Program-made: the position numbers and the translations under genes | Assembly (NCBI GenBank): GCA_009859145.1 | Contig: VRVR01000043.1 | Location: 82,721-146,720 of the forward strand | Direction of reading: 5' to 3' | Length of the DNA stretch: 64,000 nucleotides | Source: Andalucia godoyi And28 | Lineage: Eukaryota > Protista > Jakobida | In this document: one piece after another, positions 1 to 10,483 of the stretch | How the letters are laid out: the number at the start of each line of letters is the position of its first letter | How positions within the stretch are numbered: the stretch's first letter is position 1 | The notes under the pieces: model-generated | What the model was told of the DNA's origin: nothing | Database searches by the model: none | What the model saw: only the letters and a program-made list of their open reading frames with translations

Positions 1-151
1 GGGGAAGCGGTCGTAGCGAATGCATCCATTGACACGGACAACCCCCCATTCGATTCTCTCCGCTTCCCAGTTCTCTCCGTCCCCGCTTCTTTACCAAGCA
101 CGCACGGAGGAGCCAAGAAGGGGGAAATCGGTTCAGAGTCCCGGGAAACAA

Positions 152-888
152 ATGGGAGATCGTCATTATTGCAAATTCTGTAATGTATTTATCCAGAATG
201 ACAAGGTCGTATGTGTGCATGGATCTGCGGGTTTTTCTTTTCTTTTCCATTGCTATTTTCTAACATTGAAAATCGATGATAATGATAATGCTAATGATAA
301 CAATATGAAATTTGGTAGAGTCGACTTTCGCACGAATCCGGTCATCGACACAAAGAAAATGTCTCCAAGTATTTGGAGAGTGCGTTGAAACATGCAAAGG
401 AAAAGACAGCAGAGAGCAAGCCCAGAGTCGAGGCGGTGACGCAGCAGTCTCTCGAGCTGCAAGAGCATCTATACGGCATTGCGGCTGCTGCAAATCGAGC
501 ACCGTTCAGCATCACGAGGAAACCGCCGCCAACGGATGCTCACGCCGACAAGCTAGAGACCAGTTTGACGGAAAAGGAGAAGTGGGATGAAGAACATGTC
601 CGCTCGTTGTCGTCGTCGGGGGCGTCTGACGCGGCTCGGTTGGTCAACATGGATGAGAACACTGGACTTGGGAAATGGGTGATTGCAGAATCCAAGCATG
701 CGGCCTCCAGTCCCGCCGAGCCGAGCGCCGTGAAGCACTCCGCTTCTTCACATCCTGATGCCTCTTCTGCTGCCCCAAAGATTAAAATCGTGCTGAAGCC
801 ACCAGTGAAGACAGACGCTCCAATCACCGGCTCCGACATCAAGCCGAACCCACCCACTGTGTTCAAGCGGCGCAGAACGGACCAATGA
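152..888 (+). CDS. U1-type (matrin) zinc-finger protein, WBP4/ZOP1-like; two exons 152..208 and 319..888
   Basis: Removing intron 209..318 (GTATGT...TTTGGTAG) joins MGDRHYCKFCNVFIQNDKV to SRLSHESGHRHKENVSKYL in frame with ORF 373..888. This completes a C-x2-C...H-x5-H finger like the WBP4 N-terminus. No WW domain seen. Confidence 0.8.
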
Positions 889-1110
889 TAAAACGCAGCA
901 GCTGTAGCCGACACCGCCAGGGTAAAGTCCTTTATTTTTTCTGAATTTCGTTTCCCGCCTTTGAGTCGCGAGCGCGCCCAGCTGGCTGCTGTAGTCCATC
1001 CCTAATTCATCCTTCTTTTTCACACTCGTCCGTTCATTCAATGGTTCGTTCGATCGTTCAGTAGCATTTCGTACTGTCACTGTGGCTGTGGCATTTTATT
1101 GGCGTTTCTT

Positions 1111-1131
1111 CCCCCCCCCCCCCCCCCCCCC
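1111..1131. repeat. C21 homopolymer ending 2 nt before the APC1 ATG
   Basis: Directly visible run of 21 C. Confidence 0.95.
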
Positions 1132-1133
1132 AA

Positions 1134-4100
1134 ATGTCGCTGTCTCTGAGCGTGGTGTCGTGCAAAAGGCTTGAAGAACAAGTAGTTCGGCACCTTGATT
1201 CGACGCCTGTGACACAGCGCCTGCAGACCTCGTTTTCATTTCCGCAGTCTGCAAAGCATCCGCTGCATTCCGATGCACGAACGTTTGATTCGCGGTTCCA
1301 GTCCGGGACGTCCGAGACAGAATGCATGGTACAGATTCATGGAAGCGAAGTCACGGTCCACAGAAGCTACGAGAAGGTGTGCGCGCGATTTTCGTACCTT
1401 GAAGTGCCGGTCGATGTCATCATCCACGCAGCTGCACAGAACTTCCTCGTGCTGATGTTCTCCAACCATCTCGTTTTCATCAATCTCTCGTCTTGTGCAG
1501 AGTTCGCGGTGCCTGTTCCGTCGTCTTCGATCATTTCAGTGCTCTCGCTGCCGTCTGTATTGGTCGTCGAGACACGGGAATTGTGGTATGCAATCGTCAA
1601 TCCTCTGTCGGGACTCAAGCCCCTCTACTTGAAGCAGAAGCCCTTGAAGGGAAGAGGCAGAAAGACGTTAGACGGTTCTCAGATGAACTCCGAGACCCCG
1701 TCTCCAGTCGTCTCCAGTGCGCTCTTCTCTGCAATCCAGTATGGAGGCGGTGCATCACAATCCGGAAAGGCTGCGGGAGATGCCCCCGGTTCAGAGTCTC
1801 ATCTTGAGATTTCCACAGACTCAATCCCGGCTTCAGATGCGGAGATGGATGTATCCATTCGGCGAACATCACTGCACAACAAGACAGCGTCTCCGATGCA
1901 GTTGGAGTTCCAGAATCGACCGTCTCTCGGTGCCTCTCCGATCCATCCTGTTTCTGCACCTTCCACGGGACATCGCATGTCAGGCTCTTCGTCTAGAATG
2001 TCATCCAGCTCATCGGTGAACTATGGCTATTACCATTACCCCGGAGGTGGCGGTGGCACCACACAGAACAATGCGTCTCGCCGGTCATCGATCAATGCAC
2101 TTTCGTCGCCCTCCAACATCATGAGGACACCGTCTCCGTCGACGATGCTGTACGCAGTATCTACTCCTGTGCACCCTGACATTCTGACAATCTCGCCGTA
2201 CTCGGGACAGCCGCTTGCAAATGCGAAACTACTGTCTTCCGAGGACTATCGCATCGTCGGGTTCAGACCGGCGTCTTATGTATTTTTTGCTGCGCTCGAT
2301 CCATTTCAGATTCAGGTGATGAAGCTGAAAAGATCGAAATCCAAAAGTGATGGACCCTCGCATGCGATATTCAGAGCATCTGTCATCGCTGAGGCTCAGG
2401 TAGACGAGCCCACCAAAACCGTCGTGCAGATTACAGAGGACGAATTGTTCGTCCTAGGAGAATCAGGCAAGTTAATCCGGATGCAATCAGTTAGACAGTC
2501 GCGGAGTAGTCATTCGAGAGATGTCGCAGCTACAACACCAGAGGCACCATCGTTTTCAACCTCCCCTTCGCCGGTGAATTCATCGACGGTGTCGTCAGGC
2601 AAGTACTTGGGATCGCGACCAGTGTATTTTGCATATTCGGAAACAATTTCGGAAGGCGGTGTCTTTGGAATTTGCGCGGTGGGATCTGGTTCCCATCGCT
2701 ACGTCGCCGTCGTTCACAGAACCGAAGGTGTGCTGATTTTGAAGCCTCGGGGCATCCGTGTCCTCGCGCACACTTTTGATTCGCTGGGCGTTGATGCTGG
2801 CATGTTCGCTTCCTCTCCAAAAGTCGATGTCTTGGACTCTGTTGCCTCCCGCTTCTCGATTATGGTCCGCCCGTCTGTGGACGAATCGAAGACTCCATTG
2901 CGTATGCGACATTCGCTCCACATCCGACTCTGGCTGGAGATTCCTGCTGATGTATCATTGCGGCTCTTGCACCTCTCATCCAACTCCGCTGGCACTGTTC
3001 AGTTGCTGCCGCTTGTTCATGAATACGAATTGCTGAAGCTAAAAGTCACGAATGCTCGCCAGCGGCAAGACGTAAGCCGTTTGCTTTTGAAATTGGCTGA
3101 AGAAAGGAACATGGTTTCGCTGATGCAGTACGTCTTGCGTGATGATCCGCTGCTCATCACTGCTCTGCGAAATGTAAACGCCTTGTTGCAGAGCTCGGAC
3201 GATGTCACCGATCTTCCTGCACAAATCATGAGCTTGGGACAACTCAGTGCGGAGCAGTCTGTTGTGCTCAATCATCGTATACTACGGTCTCTTGTAAGCA
3301 GAAAGTCAACATTCCGCCGAAGACTGTTGGTGCACCTTGCCACAATCCCAACTGCTTCTCTCAATCCATCTGCAAAAGTGGTGGTGCTTGCATGCATGGA
3401 GTTCCTTCGCAAGAATATCACGCAGTTTCTCTCAGAGGTACCCCGGCATCTGGTTCCCGCACTTTGTCAGCTGCTTGGAAGAATCGATCTTGGCAAGCAT
3501 TTTCAAGACGCGCTCCGTCGTGTTCCACAAGTACCTTCGCTTGAACTTTCTCAAGTTCTTTATGGCGCCGATTCTCGCTACGACGAGGTGAAACGGATGC
3601 TGCAAATCGGCGCTTCCCCCGTACCATTTGTTCTTCCAAGGAAGCTGCTGACAGCGGAAGACAACACGCCGGCGCTGGAGTGGACCCTGTCTCGGCAGAG
3701 CGGCGCCTGTGTTGGGCGCGTTTTCGCAACCGTGTTGACGCAGCATGCGACAGTGCCAATCGGACTCTCTGTGTCTCCAGTCAAGTGGCTCGTCCAACAT
3801 CCCACGACAAATGCAATGGTGACAAACACTGTTAATTCAGACCTGACCAGTTGGAGCCAATTCCATCACGGTGTTGCGTCCACTTTGGAATTGATCTTCC
3901 CGTCACATGCGATCCTGGCTTCCTCCAAACAGAAAGGCTATGGAACAGGGAATGCAGGGAGCTCTTTTCCGTCGTCGATGGTGTCCACAACTTCTGGTAC
4001 TGCGGCTCCTTTTGCTGCTTCGGCCGCCGTTTCCGCATCATCCTCCTCATATTCTGCAACTTCGACTCTGCCGTTGGCCAGTCGACTACCGAGGACAGCT

Positions 4101-6734
4101 TTTGCCGCAGAGTTGACAGACGCAGATGAGCTCGTCGAAGACGATTACGCACCCGAAGATCAGATGGTTGTCCACAGCCGCTCGATATTTGCAAGCGATG
4201 TTTCAAAGATTGACAGGTCCTGGATATGGTTTCACACAGAGCCAGTGGACGATTTGGCTCAGTGTGGCGTTCGTGGAGGAATTCTTCTTGGCCTGGGCCT
4301 TCGTGCAGGATTGCTTCGGCATTTGTCTCGCCATGATTTATACCGAGTCCTTTCAGCTCGCGATACGATGATGACAGTTGGACTCCTTGTTGGCTCCGCA
4401 TTGTCGTACGAGGGAAGAGGAGAAGCCGACCTCCACACTACTCGGATGCTGTCGATGCACATTCCATCTTTGCTCCCTCCTGAAGCGGATCTGTCAATAG
4501 CGGCTCCCATTCCAGCGGCCGCGTTGTTGTCGCTGGGCATCCTGTACAAGAATTCTGGACATCGTTTTGTTGGTGAAATCTTGCTAGCGGAGATGGCGCG
4601 AGGAAAGACTGCGCTGAGTGCTGGCGCAGCCCTCGGTCTGGTGTTCCTCGGAAAAGGCGCGCCCGATCGGCAAGGTATATGGGGAATCCCGTCCTTGTTT
4701 TCCGGTGGTTCGAAGAAAAATTTGCTTCCGCATCTGTATCCTCGACACACACTCCGTGCAAACGCACTCTCACAAGGTATTCTGGCGTCTGAAAACGTGC
4801 AGCCTTTGGGGGCCGCGGCCGTCATCCCTGGTACTGCAATTCCGTCCTTCGGACCGGATGTTGCTGATTTGCGATCCGATTCCGAAAACGGCTCCGTAAA
4901 TGGATTGAGCGGGAATGCGTCAACAGAACTGAACGGCCTTGATGGGGATGACAATCGACAGGATTCCATGCTGGTTCCGACGCATGAAACAGCGCTTGGT
5001 GCCATTCTATCTCTCGGATTGATGTACGCCGGGACGAGTGACTCTGTGGTAGCAGATATTTTGAGGCCGCCGTCGTCGCTGTTTGATCTTAGTCGTGTTC
5101 GGCCAGATACGCTGCTTTTGCGAACCTGCTGCCGCGCTTTTGTCCAGTACAAGGGTATTCAGCTATCGGTTGACTGGTTGAGAATGCAAGCAATGAGTCT
5201 ACCGCACGCCGTGCACTATATTCCTGCAGAATTCTTGTCCCTTGATGATGCTCGAAAGTTGGAAGAGTTGCAGCGACAAGCCGCTGCTGCGTATCCCTTT
5301 GCTCCTCCAGTTCCTGACTGCTCTCTTGCTGTTCGCTACGCCTTGGAAGGAGCCATGCTTGCTGCCGCAATCAAATATGCTTGCACACAACAAGAGGAGG
5401 CTCGAAGATTGTTTTTGGTGCTCCCTGATTCCGACATCGCTTTGCTTTCTTGCTGTTTGGTATTTGCGGGCTCGGGAGACCTCGCACTTTTGAAGCGTGT
5501 CCGAAAGCGCATCTTGACAACACCTAATTCTTTACCAGTAGAAATTCGAGACCGTCGGATGCGCGTTCTCCACTCGGCAATGGGTCTTCTTTTCTTGGGC
5601 GGTGGGCGATTCGCTGTGGACACTCTGTTTGTTGATCAAGCAGTCTGGGTCTTGCTGTCGATGATTCCGCAACTATCCGAGGAATGCCCTCCGACCGCCC
5701 ACTTGTTTATTCGTACGCTGAATGCGTCGCGCCTCCACGTTGTCCGCGATTGCACATCCAATGAGATTTTGAGAGTTCCATTACACGTCAATGTCCCGTC
5801 GCCCGACGCAGCGACTTTGGCAAGCTCGCAGTGGCCCAGAAGTCACGAAAAGCCCAGCAGTCATAATCACAGCAACAGCAATAACACCGACTCGGGTGCA
5901 CGCACATCCCTGTCTCCTGTTTCGTCGATTGGTACCGAGCAAGCGTCGTTGTCGGCAGTCGCCAGTGTTCATCATGCGCCTTGCATGCTTCCTGCAAACT
6001 GCAACAACGTGAGCGTACATGTGGACCCTGCAGTGTTCTACGAACCCCTGCCGTTCGCCAGGCACCTCCTGCGACGATCCACGCACACAGCAGAGATCGA
6101 CGATTTCGTCGACTTCCTCAAATCCGCGGTAGACCGCTGCGACGACCCTGTGTTGATCAGGTCACTGCGTGCTGCCCTGCTTCCTCACTCGGATGGCTCC
6201 ATTGAGCGCCAAACGGTCCTGGGTGTTCGTGCGCAACTGCGAAGCGCGATCCAGTCTCTCCAGAACTCGCAATCGTCCATTGAGATGGAAAGATCCGTAG
6301 CGGATGGAATCGTATCCGTCGATCTGCATGCGGTGCGACGGACAGAGGAGCTGGATGAGGAAACCGAGCTCATTCATCGTCAGTGCTTTGAACTTATTCC
6401 ACCTCTAGTGCGTGCGCAGTTGCTTGAGAAGATGCAAACGTGTGCTTCAAAGGAAGATGTGTTTGACTACTGGTTGAAAGGCCATGTTTCCACGGATTCA
6501 CACGCTCTCTGCTTGCGAGTCTCCTCATTCGTCGCGTTCTGGGATTTTCCTCTCCCATGTGCGATGCGGCAAATCTCTGCGTTGCTCTCAGAATATGCAA
6601 TCCGGACAGTCGAGACGGCAGAGCATCGACGGGCGGCTGTGCTCGCGAGTATTCTCGGGTTCTGGAAGAAAAAGTATCCCTTCTGGGTGCTCAATTGGAT
6701 GCAGGAGTTTGTCTGCATGACAACCTGCTTGTAA
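1134..6734 (+). CDS. APC1: Anaphase-promoting complex subunit 1
   Basis: 1866-aa ORF with APC1 PC-repeat motifs: SWSQFHHGVA, GGILLGLGL, TVGLLVGSAL, MLSMHIPSLLPP...AAALLSLGILY...EILLAEM, and GLLFLGGGRF. Confidence 0.9.
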   Translation: MSLSLSVVSCKRLEEQVVRHLDSTPVTQRLQTSFSFPQSAKHPLHSDARTFDSRFQSGTSETECMVQIHGSEVTVHRSYEKVCARFSYLEVPVDVIIHAAAQNFLVLMFSNHLVFINLSSCAEFAVPVPSSSIISVLSLPSVLVVETRELWYAIVNPLSGLKPLYLKQKPLKGRGRKTLDGSQMNSETPSPVVSSALFSAIQYGGGASQSGKAAGDAPGSESHLEISTDSIPASDAEMDVSIRRTSLHNKTASPMQLEFQNRPSLGASPIHPVSAPSTGHRMSGSSSRMSSSSSVNYGYYHYPGGGGGTTQNNASRRSSINALSSPSNIMRTPSPSTMLYAVSTPVHPDILTISPYSGQPLANAKLLSSEDYRIVGFRPASYVFFAALDPFQIQVMKLKRSKSKSDGPSHAIFRASVIAEAQVDEPTKTVVQITEDELFVLGESGKLIRMQSVRQSRSSHSRDVAATTPEAPSFSTSPSPVNSSTVSSGKYLGSRPVYFAYSETISEGGVFGICAVGSGSHRYVAVVHRTEGVLILKPRGIRVLAHTFDSLGVDAGMFASSPKVDVLDSVASRFSIMVRPSVDESKTPLRMRHSLHIRLWLEIPADVSLRLLHLSSNSAGTVQLLPLVHEYELLKLKVTNARQRQDVSRLLLKLAEERNMVSLMQYVLRDDPLLITALRNVNALLQSSDDVTDLPAQIMSLGQLSAEQSVVLNHRILRSLVSRKSTFRRRLLVHLATIPTASLNPSAKVVVLACMEFLRKNITQFLSEVPRHLVPALCQLLGRIDLGKHFQDALRRVPQVPSLELSQVLYGADSRYDEVKRMLQIGASPVPFVLPRKLLTAEDNTPALEWTLSRQSGACVGRVFATVLTQHATVPIGLSVSPVKWLVQHPTTNAMVTNTVNSDLTSWSQFHHGVASTLELIFPSHAILASSKQKGYGTGNAGSSFPSSMVSTTSGTAAPFAASAAVSASSSSYSATSTLPLASRLPRTAFAAELTDADELVEDDYAPEDQMVVHSRSIFASDVSKIDRSWIWFHTEPVDDLAQCGVRGGILLGLGLRAGLLRHLSRHDLYRVLSARDTMMTVGLLVGSALSYEGRGEADLHTTRMLSMHIPSLLPPEADLSIAAPIPAAALLSLGILYKNSGHRFVGEILLAEMARGKTALSAGAALGLVFLGKGAPDRQGIWGIPSLFSGGSKKNLLPHLYPRHTLRANALSQGILASENVQPLGAAAVIPGTAIPSFGPDVADLRSDSENGSVNGLSGNASTELNGLDGDDNRQDSMLVPTHETALGAILSLGLMYAGTSDSVVADILRPPSSLFDLSRVRPDTLLLRTCCRAFVQYKGIQLSVDWLRMQAMSLPHAVHYIPAEFLSLDDARKLEELQRQAAAAYPFAPPVPDCSLAVRYALEGAMLAAAIKYACTQQEEARRLFLVLPDSDIALLSCCLVFAGSGDLALLKRVRKRILTTPNSLPVEIRDRRMRVLHSAMGLLFLGGGRFAVDTLFVDQAVWVLLSMIPQLSEECPPTAHLFIRTLNASRLHVVRDCTSNEILRVPLHVNVPSPDAATLASSQWPRSHEKPSSHNHSNSNNTDSGARTSLSPVSSIGTEQASLSAVASVHHAPCMLPANCNNVSVHVDPAVFYEPLPFARHLLRRSTHTAEIDDFVDFLKSAVDRCDDPVLIRSLRAALLPHSDGSIERQTVLGVRAQLRSAIQSLQNSQSSIEMERSVADGIVSVDLHAVRRTEELDEETELIHRQCFELIPPLVRAQLLEKMQTCASKEDVFDYWLKGHVSTDSHALCLRVSSFVAFWDFPLPCAMRQISALLSEYAIRTVETAEHRRAAVLASILGFWKKKYPFWVLNWMQEFVCMTTCL

Positions 6735-7163
6735 AGTAATCGATACCATATGCTGCTGCCACGCGCCTATACTTGGGGGGGGGGGGGTCAACTGTCGGGA
6801 TCGCCGACGATGAACGCTTTTGCCCACACCAGCGAACCCACCTGTCCTGCGATATGACCGATTGGCCATCAATCTCGGACTGACGATGTGTGTATGCGAG
6901 CACATCATCTTTCTCCAACAACAACAACAAACAGGCCGGGAATTCAAAAGAAAGGATGCCACGCGGAAGAAGAAAAAGAAAAAAAAAACAGAAATGAAGA
7001 GCGTATCATTATTTATTTATATTTTTGCCAGTCCCTCTCGTCTTTCAACCTCGATGGAAAGGAAAGGAGAGGTCTGCAGTATCTCAATACTATCCAGTGT
7101 GCACTTGTTATTTCTTGCTGATTTAACGAGCGCATCCGTCTCGTTTCTTTTTGATCGGTGGCA

Positions 7164-8845
7164 TGTCGAGCGGAATGTCTTCGCCGGCAGCCGACTGCGA
7201 GGACCGACGAATCTTTCTTGACCAGTGCTTGCAGCTGTGGAGGGGCAAGGGCAATACGGTAGCAGTGGAGCATGAAAGCTCCTTCAATGTTCTCGTTCGC
7301 GACGAGCTTGCAAAGATGCCTGTGTCACATCGGGTCCATCTTATCCGTCGACAAATCAGCTCCTATTTTCGTGGAAAGAGTGCTGCTGAAACGCGCAAAC
7401 AAGCTCGAAATGCCGCCGCCGCTGTGCAATCGCTGGCTGAGTCGGCCATTAAGATGACGGTCGATCCGCGGCTCACGCTCTCACAGTTTCTCGGCAATAT
7501 GAGCAGTCGTTCGTCATCCGCTGCGCTTCGTCCAGACGTCAACAGCCAAGCCCTTTCTGAGAACGAGTCGCTTCTCCGATCCACCTTCATGCCCTCTTAC
7601 CATCGAAACCGACCACTGAGCAACCTCGAAGATTCCAGGGTGCCTCGATCGACGGATGCAGCCATACAGTATTCTGTCGCTCCGCCTCCTACGTTGGTTG
7701 CAGCAGACGAAACGCTTCCTGCAGCTGAAAATTTGTCCAAATTGCGCAAGCCATCGAGCGTGGCGAGCACCAGCACTGCAAAGTCCCGTGGACCAATCAC
7801 AAAGGTTCCTGCAGTTGGCCATCTTTCCGAGCTCGCGGCAGCTGCGCTCGTTTTCCAAAACGAGTCCACAGGAGCTCCAGAAGTCCAGGAAGAATCCATT
7901 CTTGTGCTTGTCACCAACCGTCTATCTGTGTTTGCAGATTTGCTGCGGACGTACATTCTGGAGGCGCTGAATCTACCACAAGTACCATCGTCACTATCAC
8001 CAGTGTCGACCTCGTCGCCCTCGTCGGCTTTGTCGTCCACGAGAGATACTTCAATGTATGGGGCCGATCGCGATGTGCAGCTGATTCATGAGCTGTATGC
8101 TGCTGTCCATGCAAACCGGACATCAACGAATGTCGAAGGCCGGAAGAATCCACTTGTGTCGGCGTCGTGGAAGCTCTACTCGGCCATTCGTGCGGGACGG
8201 GTACTGCACAAGGGACTTGTACTGTGCGCGGGACGAGCGTTGTTCATGGACTCGGAGCATGATAAGTACCTGAGTGCCGCCTACGGAGTCCATGACGAAT
8301 GCACAGAACATCACGCCTCCTTTGCTGCCATCGCCGCCTCGGTGGAGAATCCGGTTCCAGTCTTTGTGCATCTCGAGATTTTTGGGTTCTTTATTGCCGA
8401 TAGCGCAAGAAGAGAGCTACGTAATTCGTGTCCTTGCAACTCACCACCACTACTACCTTATCAGCAAGACCAAGCAAGCGTGAATTGCATGGACTTGCAG
8501 GAAGGATGCACGCGCTGCAGGTCCACTCGGCTTATTTCGCTTGTTCTCTGTCCAATATGCGGTTTGCACAATCGCCAAATTACCCAGTTTGTTTCTCAGA
8601 CTTCGGGACATCCGGTCCCGGAAGATGGTGCCACGATCGACACGCTGGCATCCGAAGATGCAGGCTGTTTTGCAGCATGGCTGTCCATCAATGAATCCCG
8701 GTGCAAAGAATGCGGAAGTTCCCAGTTCTGTGTTCAGCATTTCTGTCTTTATTGCAGCCATTGGATCTGCGATCACCAACGTGCAGGACACCAAAAAGAA
8801 GCGCTCGCGCATCAATGCCTTTGTCGCGTGCTCGTCGATCCATAG
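7164..8845 (+). CDS. Hypothetical protein with C-terminal Cys/His-rich putative zinc-binding region
   Basis: Long ORF; first ATG at about 7165 (MSSGMSSP); the track starts at a TTG at 7151. C-terminal CTRC/CPIC/CKEC/CLYC/HQC clusters. Confidence 0.7.
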
Positions 8846-9680
8846 AAAGTGCTCAGTCTTTTACCAATATGCTGCCACTGGATCGAGTAAACTATCTGTC
8901 ACTTGTGTTTTTTCGATGTTCGCCTACATTGTACACTGAGTATGCATGACCATCGCTAGTCATGCCGTAATCAATGATGCAATTTGGGTCGCATCGCCAT
9001 GGACGGGAAGAGGAGTTAGGGCCCAACACGCCTTTTTTGCCGCCGTTCTTTGAGATAAATGTTGTTGCGCGCACCCATTCCCCAATCGCGATCAATCCGT
9101 CATGCACACCGTGGATATGGGAGCACCCTCCAATGCGGCGTTTCTTTCCCTTCTGCCGGCTCCCTCCGCACAGTGCGAGATGCGGGTCGAATTTCGAAAG
9201 TAGGATGCAGTCATGCTCCCCTCACACAGTCATTTTGCAAGCTTGCGATGCATGTCCGTCGTCAGGTTGCGCGGATCTGTTGATGTATTCGCAGTCACGC
9301 GCCGCTTGTCGAGTGGGACTTGGTTCTCGTCCCGCAAGACACCCGGCTGTGGAATGGACGCGCCACTGCGGTGCGACGGAAATGTCACACGTCTTGCGCA
9401 GCGTGGCAGCGGGTCATGTACATTGGCATCGCGTGGGAAAAGGAAAAATCAAATTAAAGAGTGTCCCAAAAATCAGCTTCTGAACAACTTGGGACACTTC
9501 ACCTAAACAGCCTCGAACCTAGGGTTGTCAAGCGAGCAAATCCGGATTCTCCTTTTGCTGTTTACGCATGTTCGGGCTTGTTTGAAGGCGGTTCGCCCGG
9601 AGTATTTTATTTTATAGTAATTTATTTTATCTAATCTATTGTTGTTGTGGTGGTGGTTTTGGTGATTCTTTTTGATTGAA

Positions 9681-9684
9681 ATAT

Positions 9685-9752
<68 letters not shown>

Positions 9753-9773
9753 GCTATTATCACAGAGAGAGAG
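9681..9773. repeat. Compound microsatellite (CA)n(TA)n(GA)n
   Basis: Visible contiguous dinucleotide tracts just upstream of the ATG at 9788. Confidence 0.95.
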
Positions 9774-9787
9774 ATTTGGAAGAGAGA

Positions 9788-10318
9788 ATGAATCGATCAG
9801 GGCGAGTTCTGTTTCTTTCGAACCATCCGATGATTATGGGCTTCATTAGCGGCTCGGCTGTTTTGCAAGGTGCCGGCCTGTCGTACTTGGGGTATGCTGC
9901 GATGAAGGATGCGCAGGAGAAGGACAGTCGGGGAGTTAAAGCTCCGCTATGGCAACGTGCCGGACTTGGAGTTGGATTTGCAATGCTTGGGGTTTTTGGA
10001 TTTACGGCCGCTGTGTACTACACGAGTCATTCGGTGCGACGGCTGGTGCTGAGTCCGGACCAGACAGCTCTTGTGGTGGAGACCTACGGGTTTTTGGGAG
10101 GCCTTTTCAAAAAGTCGCTGACGGTGTCCAGGCAAGAGATTGTGCCCGGCAGGTCCCCGGCGATCTTCAAGGACCCCACTGCTCCGCCTTCGGGACTCTT
10201 GACGTTCCGCGTCCCAAACGCAAGCAAGGCTTACTTTCTTGTCGACATTGCAAGCGGAACCGCCCCGGACCGCGTCGCTCTCTACAAGGCTATCTTTTCA
10301 CCGTTTGCAAAGATTTAG
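9788..10318 (+). CDS. TMEM223: TMEM223/Mrx15-like mitochondrial membrane protein
   Basis: Two TM helices, then SVRRLVLSPDQTALVVETYGFLG and a YFLVD motif resembling TMEM223 (SVRSVVL...TLTT; FYFLLD). First ATG at 9788. Confidence 0.65.
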   Translation: MNRSGRVLFLSNHPMIMGFISGSAVLQGAGLSYLGYAAMKDAQEKDSRGVKAPLWQRAGLGVGFAMLGVFGFTAAVYYTSHSVRRLVLSPDQTALVVETYGFLGGLFKKSLTVSRQEIVPGRSPAIFKDPTAPPSGLLTFRVPNASKAYFLVDIASGTAPDRVALYKAIFSPFAKI

Positions 10319-10483
10319 TGTGGCCCTTTGAAACTGCGCACTGTCGACCCCAACGGAAGTCAGTGAAAACGCCGCGTTTTTCCGACGGAGGGCCACGGAA
10401 GACGCCAGTACGTAAACTCTGATACATACATTCGCACCGGTATGTGACCAAGTAGTTGGCTTTTATGACAGTAGGCATTATGG

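Noticed and set aside
4259-5152. Long antisense or alternate-frame ORFs inside real genes (e.g. 4259..5152, 10619..11428, 12659..13288, 20501..21490, 21952..22746, 50180..50812)
   Set aside because: These are shadow ORFs expected from codon structure at about 50% GC. They show no motifs, and the opposite frame has clear family signatures.
8974-9483. 169-aa ORF in the intergenic island
   Set aside because: The composition is random-like, with no motif and no typical leader. It cannot be excluded without RNA data but is not supportable.
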